Positions 54,201 through 64,000 of a stretch of 64,000 nucleotides of DNA are shown here, in pieces; the first letter of the stretch is position 1; each line of letters begins with the position of its first letter. Below the pieces are notes generated by a model that saw only the letters and a list, made by a program, of their open reading frames with translations, searched no databases and had not been told where the DNA came from. Source of the stretch: Takakia lepidozioides (taxonomy: Eukaryota > Plantae > Bryophyta); the NCBI GenBank assembly GCA_030704615.1, contig CM060733.1:60884001-60948000 (forward strand), read 5' to 3'. The translations under genes and the position numbers were made by a program.

Positions 54201-55485
54201 GCGCCGTTGGCCCATTGAACGAATTTCATTTCATCTCATATTACTCAGGGATCTGTAAGACGGTATACTGAAGACGATGCGGAAGTGTCAAAGTGAACGA
54301 AAATCATTTGGATAGGAATCCATCCATTGGCCCATTAAACGAATTTCGTTTCATCTCATATTACACTGGGACCCATGTTATGGTATGTTGAACATACTGG
54401 CAAAGTTTAAAAGAAAACTCAACTCTTCTAGATGGGCAACCGTTCGTTGGGCCATTAAACGAATTTTGATTGATGTCGTACTCGTCCGGGACGTGCGAGA
54501 TGGGGTACCAGACATACAACAAAGTTTAAAAGCCAACAAAAATCATTTGCATAGGCAACCATCCGTTGCCCCATCGAATGGATTTCCTTTCATCTCGTAT
54601 GACTGCGGGACCTGTTTGACTGCGTTTCGCCTGCTCATGATTTTTGTTTTGCTCCATTCTTGAACCACTGATGTAGGGACACCATATTCAATATGCGCGC
54701 AAAAATTGGGAACGATCAAAAGTCATTTGGACCCAAAACCACGATTTTTCACAACCCATTTGCACTCCGAAGTGGATTTGTCCTTAACTTCTATCACTCT
54801 TCATAGAAAGTTCTAGAATAGTAAGCAAAGTGATATATATATATATATATAATCCATTTTTGTTTGGTCCAAATTTTTGCAAGGATGCACAGGTGTGAGG
54901 GTTGAATACATAGAACAAAATTGACTCAGAAATAATATCATTGCGTGGCAGAAACCCGCAATCACAGACATTCTAAGTCTAATTATTGAATTAAAATTCA
55001 AGAAAATCGAGTTAATTCAAAATTGTTCGAAGGGGACTGCGTCGTTGGGAGGGCAAATGGTTTGTTTTTCTCTTGAATCTCAGCGCATGTGTTGCACACA
55101 TATTCAAGCACATGCAGGCTAAAGTTGAGCGTGAACCACATCCGTTCATCGATGCAATAGGCGTTCATGCATGAGAGGAGTTCCAGTGAGCAAAATTGGA
55201 TGACATGTAAACGCGCCGTTGGCCCATTGAACAAAATTTGTTTCATCTCATATTACTCAGGAACGTATGAGACGGTGTTCTGAAGACGCTGCAGAAGTTT
55301 CAAAACGAACGAAAATCATTTGGATGGGCATCCATCCGTTGGCCCATCAATCGAATTTCGTTTAATCTCATATTACACTGGGACCCGTCTTATGGTATGT
55401 GTAACATACTGGCCTGAAGTTTGAATGCAAATAAAACTCATCTGGATGGGCAACCGTCCGTTGGGCCATTGAATGAATTTCGATT
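51230..55485 (+). repeat. 120-bp monomer array with ~1020-bp higher-order repeat (array 2)
   Basis: Same monomer as array 1; spacer marker at 52081, 53100 (period 1019) and 55086. Confidence 0.95.
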
Positions 55486-56930
55486 TGTCGCGGCCATTTG
55501 CCTTGAGGGCGGGGGGTCGGAACACAAGAGAGGCTGCCCCTGTGGTGGGGGTAGTGGCAACGTTAGGGGCTCATCACGGTCCATTGGGGCCGTGATACTA
55601 GGTGGGCCAAGACTCACCACGACTCATCACAAGGAATCGAGGGTCTTGGTGATGGTTCACCATAAAAAAGACTTGGTTGTTTGCGAAACCCCCCTCGACA
55701 CCTACAGAAGTATATATAGGGAATAGTAACCCCGAGAACAGTGCAAGCCCGTTGAGTGACCAAAAACTAGTGAGTAGGCAAGTGAGCCGAAAAACGACCA
55801 AGGTGTGGGGAGCTATTCCGGATTGCCATCAACTGAAGGGAAATTCCATTGGGCCCGATAGTTTGAGGGTCCTGTGTGGGAACAAGGGGGACCGTTATGC
55901 CTCGGTGAGAAGCTGAAGCTCCGAGTTGGTCCGGCGGCCAGGTTGGGAGTTAGGCACGCGCATCAAAGCGAGTAACTATGACTTGAAGGGGAGTTTACAA
56001 AAGTGAGGTACGCAACACTTGATATCAGAGCCTAGAGTTCAGTATGCGATCGCCCTTAGGATTGGCCTCACCATGGGGCTGAGCAAGACCAAGCGAAAGC
56101 ACAACGGTTCGAAAGCCGATGATCCTAGTGAGCTTGGTGGGGCCAACGCGATGCCGGAGCGGCAAACGAAAGAGGCTATTTATGCTTCTGAAAGCGAGGC
56201 CGCTCAAGAGCAATAAACATTTGGGGAGTCGGAGCCTGAGGACTCTCCGAGAGACCCGCCAGTCCAACAGATGCCGCTAATGCCACCAACTTTCCGGGAA
56301 GGGCCGTACGGAGGTGAACCACAAGAAGGTCCGACAGGAACGTGATTGATTCCGGTCGGAAAAGAAGTGAGATAAGACACTTCATTGTGTTTTCTGTTCC
56401 TTTTGCTAGAGAACCAAAATATTTTCAAGCTCGGATTTAATGTGACGAACGGAGACCGCATTACGAAGCACCGCATTACGAAGCAGGAGACACTACAAAA
56501 ATAGCCTCATAAGGGAGGGTGCTACAATGAACGAGCGGGATGGTTCAACATTCGGAAATTCGACATGGCAACAATGACAATTGGAGATTGAAGGGAGGGC
56601 CTTTGCACGCCAGGGCGGCACCCGGTGCTCCGAAAAGAAAAATAGGTGCGACAGCACATGGCGGTCAGAAGACGACATTTGATGGGGCGTGTTTTAATTG
56701 CAGGGACAATAGGCACATGGCCTAAAAGTGCCCGAAACCCTGACAGTTGAACATGACAACGGCGACCACAAAGCTTTCCGAATACTCCATCAACCGCTTG
56801 GTGGAGGCAGTGGTCGCCAAGTCTTTGCAAGGTAGGCGACTACACGTGTGACCTGTTCTAGGAGGCTGGAGCATCACGTAGCAGAAGTCGCTTCATGTTC
56901 ATAAGTAGCAAAAATTTCCGAACTAACGTG
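55486..56930 (+). mobile_element. Truncated LTR retrotransposon: 5' LTR 55486-56017, tRNA-iMet PBS, decayed gag
   Basis: LTR bounded by TGTCGCG...CGCAACA; PBS TGATATCAGAGCC at 56020 (one change from TGGTATCAGAGC); zinc knuckle CFNCRDNRHMA*KC at ~56690-56733; interrupts a 120-bp monomer; no pol or 3' LTR. Confidence 0.85.
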
Positions 56931-56939
56931 TCGCGGTTT

Positions 56940-58510
56940 TACAGGCGGTCGTTTCAATTAAAAAAAAACAAAAAAGAGCGATCGCCATTGGGCGGTCGCA
57001 TCATCTTTTATAAATACCAAAAAGAGCGACCACCATATGGTGGTCATTTCATTTAAAACAAAAACCTAAAAGAGCAACCGTCGTATTTACGAAAACGAAA
57101 AAGAACAACTGCCATAGGGCGGTCACTTCACTTTTTAGAAAAAATTAACAGAGGGACCGCCGTATTGGCGATCGCTTCATTTTTTTTAAAAACGAAAAAG
57201 AAAGACCGCTATAGGCGGTCGCTACATTTAATTTTTTATATATAAAAAAAAATAAAAAAAAATGTTAACGAGCGACCGCCGGATTGGCGGTCGCTTCAGT
57301 TTATTAAAAACCGAAGAAGAGTGACCGCCGTATGGCGGTCGCTTCAGATTTTCTATTTTAAAAAATAAATAAAAATAAAATTATTTACTTTATTTTTTTA
57401 AAAAACTAAATAAAAACTAAATAAAAATCTTAAAGGAGCGACCGCCGTAATGACGGTCGCTTCAATTTCTTAAAAAGCGAAAAAGAGCGACTGCCATAAG
57501 CCGGTCGCTTCATTTTTTTCTTTATAAAAACTTCATTTTTAAAAAAATCAAAAATTTATTTTTTATAAAAAAAACTTATAGGAGCGACCGCCGTATTTGC
57601 TGTCGCTTCAGTTTTTTAAGAAGCGAAAAAGAGCGACCACCATCGGGCGGTTGCTTCCATTTTCTAAGGAAAAACAAATTAAAATTAAAATTTAAAATTT
57701 AAAATTTAAAAAAAATTTAAAGGAGCGACCGCCGTATCGGCGGTCGTTTTATTTCTTTTATACAAATTTTATTTTTAAATATACGTATTTATTTATTTTT
57801 AATAAAAACAATATGAAAAAAAACTTAAAGGAGCGACCGCCATATTGGCGGTCGCTTCAGTTTATTAAAAAGCAAAAAAGAGTGACCCCCATATGGCGGT
57901 CGCTTCATTTTTACAATAAATAAACGAAAAAATAAATAAAAATTGGCGGTTGCTTCATTATTTAAAAAAAACGAAAAAGAGCGACCGCCGTATTGGCAGT
58001 TGCTTCATTTTTATTCCGAAAAGAAAAAAAAGAAAAAAAAAAACGACCGCCGTTGTTGCAATCTCTTCATTTAATTAAAAAAAAAAAAAGAGCCACCGCC
58101 GCTAAATTACAGCTGCTAAATTTAAAACAACAAAACGAGGGTCCGTCATTTGGCAGTCGCTGCATTTTGAAAAAATATATTAAAGAAGCGCTTGCCAAAC
58201 GGCGGTCGCTTAATTTTAGAATCAAAATAAAAATATGCGACGGCCAGTGAATGGCGATTGCTGAATTTTTTTAAATATTTTTTAAACTGCGAGCGACCAC
58301 CAATTTGGGCGGTCGCTTAATTTTTTTAAATAATAATTTCAAACGACCGCCAATATAGGCTGTTGCTTAATTTAAAATATGCCAACGACCGCCAATATGG
58401 GCGGTCACTTCATTTAAAACTTCATAAATTACCTGCAACCGCCAATATAGGCGGTCGCTAAATTTAACAAAATATTATATTATAAACGACAGCGAATATG
58501 GGCGGACATA
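56940..58510. repeat. Right-arm array of roughly 30 GCGACCGCC/GGCGGTCGC palindromes
   Basis: For example GAGCGACCGCCGGATTGGCGGTCGCT at 57270 and GAGCGACCGCCATATTGGCGGTCGCT at 57831, with poly-A/T spacers. Confidence 0.95.
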
Positions 58511-58710
58511 TTTATTTAAATGAATTAATAAATTTTAATAATTGGCCACGTTTGTTTTACACCGTGGCTGCGATGTCATTACAAAGTGTAGAAATAAATC
58601 GTAAAAGTCAAATATATAAAAAAATTACATGGGTAAACGTCCGGATTTGACGTGACGTGACACACGTCCGACGCGTCCGGGCCTCGTCACGGCAGGAATG
58701 ATAACTAGGG

Positions 58711-58895
58711 TATGTTGAATGTACTGGCAAAGTTTGAATGCAAACAAGAATCATTTGGATGGTCAATTGTTCGATCGCCCATTGAATGAATCTCGTTTGA
58801 TCTCATATTTGTCCGAGTCCTTTCGGATGGTATGTGCAGTACACTGACAAACTTTGAAATCAAACAAAGGTCATTTGGATGGTCAATTGTTTGTC
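58711..58895 (+). repeat. Continuation of the 120-bp array after the composite element
   Basis: About 1.5 monomers that resume at the register where array 1 breaks off. Confidence 0.85.
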
Positions 58896-59164
58896 CAGCC
58901 CTAAAACGCTTAAAGAACGGACGGCCCAAGGCGCAGCACGTGGCGAGATCTCCCAGGGCTGCCACGCCAACAGGAGCCGGCCGTTGGATGGCGGGTGCCA
59001 CGGGATCCAGTTCCCAGGCGCCAAGGGGTGGTTCCCTTGGTACTTTATGGTCACACTCCGTCAAGGAACGCGCGCTTTCTGGTTTTTTTTTGTTTTTTCC
59101 CTTGTTTTCTTACAAGGGCCCACAAAGTTCGACTGCTTTATGGCTTTATTTTGCCTAAAAAATA

Positions 59165-60240
59165 TGGATTGGCGACTGCCAATGACGGTCGCTTTATTTA
59201 AAAAATACATTAATATGGGGAGACCGCCAGTGCAAGAGCGGTTTTCTCATAAAAAAACATAAAAATAAATAAAAGCGAACACCAATGGCGGTCGCTTCAT
59301 TTAAAAAACAAAACAAATTAGAAACAACTGCCAGCGGCAGTCGCATAATTTAAAAAATATATTAATATGAGGAGACCGCCAGTGGCGGACTCCTCATTTA
59401 AAAATAATAATTAGAAGCAAGGTCGCTTCATTAAAAAGATTCAGAAAAAAAACAATTAGAAGCGACCGCCAATGACGGTCGCTTCATTTAAAAAATAAAT
59501 TAATATGAGGAGACCACCACATTACGAAAAAAAAAAAAAAAAAAAAACCGTCAATGGTGGTCGCTTCATTTAAATAAATAAATAAATTAGAAGAGACCGA
59601 GTGGCGCCTCATAATTTAAAAAATAAATTAATATGAGGAGACTGTTAGTGGCGGTCTTTTCATTTTTAAAAGACAATTAGAAGCGAGGTCGCTTAATTTT
59701 AAAAAAACAAATGAAAATTAAAAAATAGATTGATATGAGGAGACCGCGAGTGGCGGTCTCCTCATTAAAAAAGAAAAAAAGAAAAAATGATAACGACCAT
59801 CAATGGCAGACGTTTCATTTTAAAAAACAAAATAAATTAGAAGCGACCGTCAGTGGTGGTCGCATAATCTAAAAAATAAATGAATATGAGGAGACCGCTA
59901 GTAGCGGTCTCCTCATTTAAAAATAATAATTAGAAGTGAGGTCGCTTCATTAAAAAAAAAAAACGTCTGTCAATGGCGGTCGCTTCATTTAAAAAACAAA
60001 ATAAATTAGAAGCAGCCGCCAATGATTGGCGGTCATATTTTTTTAAACGAATTAAAAAACTTAATTATTTTTCACGTATGTTTTACACCGTGACTGCCAT
60101 GTCATAAGAAAGGGTAGAAGTAGATCGTAAAAGTTAAATATAAAAAATAATACATGGGTAAACGTCCGGATTGGACGTGACGTGACGCACGTGTGGACGT
60201 GACGTAACCTGTCAGCGCCATGTCAGGAATGAGAACTACT
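59165..60240. mobile_element. Second right arm of the same element family (palindrome array plus terminus)
   Basis: About 18 palindromes; 60075-60238 is homologous to 58545-58706 (TGTTTTACACCGTG...TACATGGGTAAACGTCCGGATT...GACGTGACGTGAC...CAGGAATGA[T/G]AACTA). Confidence 0.85.
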
Positions 60241-60242
60241 AA

Positions 60243-60495
60243 AAACATGATGAACTACTTTCATGCAAATAATAACTAACTATCTCCATGGAGGTGATTA
60301 TGTTCAGTAGAAACATGATGAATTATCTCTATGCAAATAGAAACAACCTACCTCCATGGAGATAGTTATGATAAATAAAAACATGATGAATTATCTTGAA
60401 GCAAATAGTAACAAACTACCTCCATGAAGGTAGTTATGATCAATAAAACCACGATGAATTGTCTTTATGCAAATAATAATAAACTACCTCCATTA
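60243..60495. repeat. 68-bp tandem repeat, about 4 copies, with an internal palindrome
   Basis: AAACATGATGAA-like starts at 60243, 60311, 60379 and ~60447; the dyad is centred on CTCCATGGAG. Confidence 0.9.
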
Positions 60496-61639
60496 ATTAT
60501 GATTAGCACCAACCACCCTATATAGGATTGAGCGCACAATCTTAAGAGTAGCACCACCATCATCCTACTACCAAGCTACATCTGCAAGGCTTGCCACAAA
60601 TCCTTTAAAACATAGCCGTATGGAGGGTTTAAAGGTATTGAGGCCCTTGTCAGTTCACTGTCGCGGTCTGCCGCTCGTCCTGACGAGTTGTGCTGTGTTT
60701 AATTACAGGATGGTCACACTGTCCAGTCGACAGTTGATAACGATAAAAGTAATAAACATATGACAGAAGTTGGAACCCAACATGAATCATGCACACATGG
60801 TTTCTCGTGGATTTCAATATGCGACACTCCAGCTAACGGTCTCAGTACCAGGTCAACCCCTGACATAAGGTTAGGGCTCTGAGAATCACCGGCCACCCCT
60901 CTGTCAGATAACAAATAAATCAACAGATCACACTGATCATTAAGGTAATGAGGTGATCAAGACTTGTTTTTTTTTTCATAGCTGCCATACATGACAAGTT
61001 GATTACATCTCAGAAGACTTTGACTGTAATGAAAAGTTTTCCACCCGTTGCAGCTTGCTTGCCTATCGGCCATGTGTTCGTAGTCTCATGCACTTGTGAT
61101 GGTTAGGGTGTTTGTTAACTGCCCTCATTGTTCAGGTACCAAATTATACACCAACAACAATATTCCCAATGCTTTTCAGGACCTATTTGTCAGCAGTACC
61201 AACCAAAGACACAATGGAGCCACACTTGGTGTTTATTTTGCAACCTTTATCAGATGTGAGAAAAATTGCAAATGTTGGAATCGCAGCTAGTTTGTGTTCA
61301 GGGGAGAGAGAAACACAGGTATATGAATGCTGCAATATATCTCATATTTGACAGATGGAAGGACAAAGCCACAATCTCGTTACAGTGTTCATGCTTGAAG
61401 CATATGGGACCACCGAAAAGCTCATATGTGCCTCTTACTGTCACCCAAGTTATGCTTCAAACACTCTCTGTGATGGGAAAGGTCTAGTGCTGCGCGATCC
61501 ATGTTGCCATGGCAAATTCACACGGTTCAATAGCCCATCTTCCTGGTAAGTCAGAGATATATGTGCACAATCTTAGCATACTTCTGTCTTTCATGCATGG
61601 CCATGGACCTAGAGAGTAGAATGCGCGACACAACTATAT

Positions 61640-62034
61640 TTATTGATTAATAAGTTATCTGCATGCAACTCGTGAGAACTGATTATACTTAAACTCTGGT
61701 TGTGGTAACCCCTCGAACATGATATCAAGGACAGACTTGAGATTCCTTAGCTCCATGCAGCTAGGCGGAATCGCTCATGTAAATGCTTCCACACCTCTCG
61801 GTATTTCTCCCGTCTAGAAATATGCATTTTAATGACCACAATAGGAACGCTGAAGTCTGATTTGGAGTGTTTAAGCACAAGATTATTAGATCCTGTAGAC
61901 CGGATGATTTTGCAGAGAACACTGTTCAGATCAAATATTATAATTAAACGAAATTTACCTCTATCCGGAGAGAAAGACGTAGGTGATAGTCGAATCCGTG
62001 GATGAATAAAAAACAGAGTAAGAGATTGATTCAA
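61640..62034 (-). pseudogene. FCP1/NIF-like HAD-fold domain relic
   Basis: LIIIFDLNSVLC...REVWKHLHERFRLAAWS, then after a frameshift RNLKSVLDIMFEGLPQPEFKYNQ; this follows the DLNGxL...FxxxxWS layout of FCP1-homology proteins. Confidence 0.65.
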
Positions 62035-62243
62035 CAGACGATAAGGAGGAATGCTAATTCGTGAGCCTGCTCATGAGCTCACGTGAGCCTATGAGCTTGG
62101 CCAGGCTCATATGAGCCTGGGAAGGGGGCGGATATTTCACCTATTTATGTGCATTCGCCTCTTGCCAATACTTATCCCATGATTGAATGACAGCATCGGT
62201 AACATCAGCTTGTCAAGTGAAAAAGAACGTAATCATAAAAATC

Positions 62244-62392
62244 AATTTCGCTGACGAAACCCAAGTTTGTGCTCACGTGAGTTCAATTTTGGACAAGAGC
62301 TTGAAAGAGAGAAACAAAAACAAAAACAAAAATAAAAACCAATTTTGTTGACGAAACCCAAGTTTGTGCTTACGTGAGTTCAACTTTGGACA
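62244..62392. repeat. Direct repeat, 2 x ~52 bp, about 97 bp apart
   Basis: TGACGAAACCCAAGTTTGTGCT[C/T]ACGTGAGTTCAA[T/C]TTTGGACA occurs twice. Confidence 0.85.
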
Positions 62393-62481
62393 CTCTTAGC
62401 TACGATGAGTTTACACTGTCGAACAACGAGATACTGCACATGGTGTCATATTTATTTTTGATGTTGTATTACTTTGCCTCT

Positions 62482-63879
62482 TATGGGGGTGTTGACGCCC
62501 ACATACTTCATGGACCTCCCGCAAGTCCAATGATCCCAAAATAAAAATAAAACAAAACAAAACAAAACCCGAAATTTTCAAAACAATTTAATCCCTAAAC
62601 GACGAGGTGACCCGAAACATGTCGCCCCGTTTTTTCATTCATTTGTGGCGGGTGCGGATGAAGTCGGATGAAGGCAAGGGTTCAATGAAAAATTAAGCCC
62701 GGAAAATTCTCTACACGATGGGCTTTATAGCGCCCCCAAACAATAAATATTCGGGCATCAGGAATTTTTGCAAGCATTGGGGGTCGAGTTTTTTGGGTGG
62801 TTTGTGGTGGACCACGCAGGTTCACCAGGTACGTGGTAGTCACTGGCGGATTTAGCCGGAGGGGGTTTGCAGCAGGGTGCATGTGGGGGTGATGAGGCGG
62901 GGAGGAACACCGGGACGATTGCACTGAGGTGGCCCTGGGAAAGATTGGGGATTCGTGACGTGGCCCGGAAAACGTCGCCGAATTCAGTGCCAAATCCGGC
63001 GACCATTTGCCTGAGTTGAAGGAGACTGGAAAATTCAGAACTGCCTCCATCCCAAATGCAATTTTGGAAAATTCTTTTTGGGAAATTCTTAGGCAGTGTA
63101 GTGTAGTTTAGTTCTTCGCCTACCACTGTTTGACCGTTGGAAATTTTGGTTGGAGTAAATTTTGGGGTCCCAATGGGACTTCAAACAGTAGCTTTGTAAA
63201 TTCAATCTTTTGCCCCCATTGCATTCACATACAAAGCACCCCCCCCCCTAATTTTTAGCAGATTGGGGTGAAATTTGGTGTGAGGGTTTGGGATGATCTA
63301 TTACATTAGAATATAACTCAGATTCTCCCAGCAACATTTAGCAACATGGGTTTTTTGCGTGGTCAAACATGAAGTTTCGGTTTGTTTTTTCCATTTTGCA
63401 GAACATTGACCATGTTCAATTCTTATAACGCCCAAATAAAACGGTGGAATCTCCCCAAATTTGGGGTGATTATGCATCTGGTAGGTAGGGATGACTTTCA
63501 ACGGCATGGATAAACTGGGGTAGGCAGCTACAGGCTGACGTGTGAGGGTGGGTCCCGGTTGTGTCAAAAAATCCAAAAACAGGTTAATATAAATGTCAGG
63601 ATTTACGTGGGCGTTGACGCCCACATAATCCGTGCAAATCCTTCAAAAAATCAAAACAATTTTTTTTTTCAAAAAACAAAATCTAATATAAAATGTAAGG
63701 ACTTATGTGGGTGTTGACGCCCACATAATTTGTGGACCTCTTGCAAGTCCTCCAATGACACAATAAAAAGCAAAAATTTCAAAATATTTTGGATAAAAAA
63801 TAAAAACATATCATAAGGTAACATAGCTTTGTGAGGTTTAGGAATTATGTGGTCGTCGACGCCCACATAAGTCCTCACA
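62482..63879. repeat. Family of 24-bp palindromes (consensus TATGTGGGCGTCGACGCCCACATA), including a MITE-like 186-bp unit at 63694-63879
   Basis: Copies at 62482, 63604, 63704 and 63846. The last two lie within ~34-bp inverted repeats TGTAAGGACTTATGTGGG...CCCACATAAGTCCTCACA. Confidence 0.8.
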
Positions 63880-64000
63880 CTTGATTACAGGTACGTAATG
63901 AATGCACCAATACAATTCTAATTTTTCAAATGACGTTGCTGGTATTCTCGCGGGAATAGGTCTGCCTTTGTCTTCGGGTATAGGCCCCATTTCTAATACC

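Larger units (their letters stand above)
47240..58710. mobile_element. 11,471-bp composite TIR-type element with palindrome-array arms and a 7-bp target-site duplication; superfamily unassigned
   Basis: TATGTTG at 47233-47239 and 58711-58717; termini CCCGGTTATCA and TGATAACTAGGG; inverted GTCACGTCACGTC / GACGTGACGTGAC blocks; the two flanks rejoin into one 120-bp monomer. Confidence 0.7.

Noticed and set aside
56929-56936. TGTCGCGG matching the LTR start, as a possible 3' LTR
   Set aside because: Only 8 bp match, no polypurine tract upstream and no further similarity.
47430-60035. Palindrome-spacer arrays as CRISPR arrays
   Set aside because: Spacers are low-complexity poly-A/T, related to each other and variable in length; there are no cas genes and the context is eukaryotic.

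Overview
Eukaryotic nuclear DNA, most likely from a non-seed land plant (inferred from homogeneous PLS-PPR triplets, short introns and an RLE-type LINE; the species cannot be named). The left ~42 kb is a compact gene island: a PLS-class PPR gene with a decayed DYW domain, an unknown protein with a repeated W/H-GRxKSxxTDxxVSPNLTPPxR motif, a GT47/exostosin glycosyltransferase, an S23-type R2R3-MYB, coatomer gamma, V-ATPase subunit H and a CFL1-like WW protein. The right ~21 kb is a nest of repeats. It holds an RLE non-LTR fragment, two copies of a unit made of a RING-H2 gene 3' end followed by a 120-bp higher-order repeat, an LTR-PBS-gag stump, an FCP1-like relic and several palindrome-built repeat families. 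The best candidate for an undescribed system is an 11.5-kb element (47240-58710). It has a 7-bp target duplication, CCC...GGG ends, long arms of GCGACCGCC/GGCGGTCGC palindromes, captured cargo and no recognisable transposase. All calls were read by eye; no searches were run.
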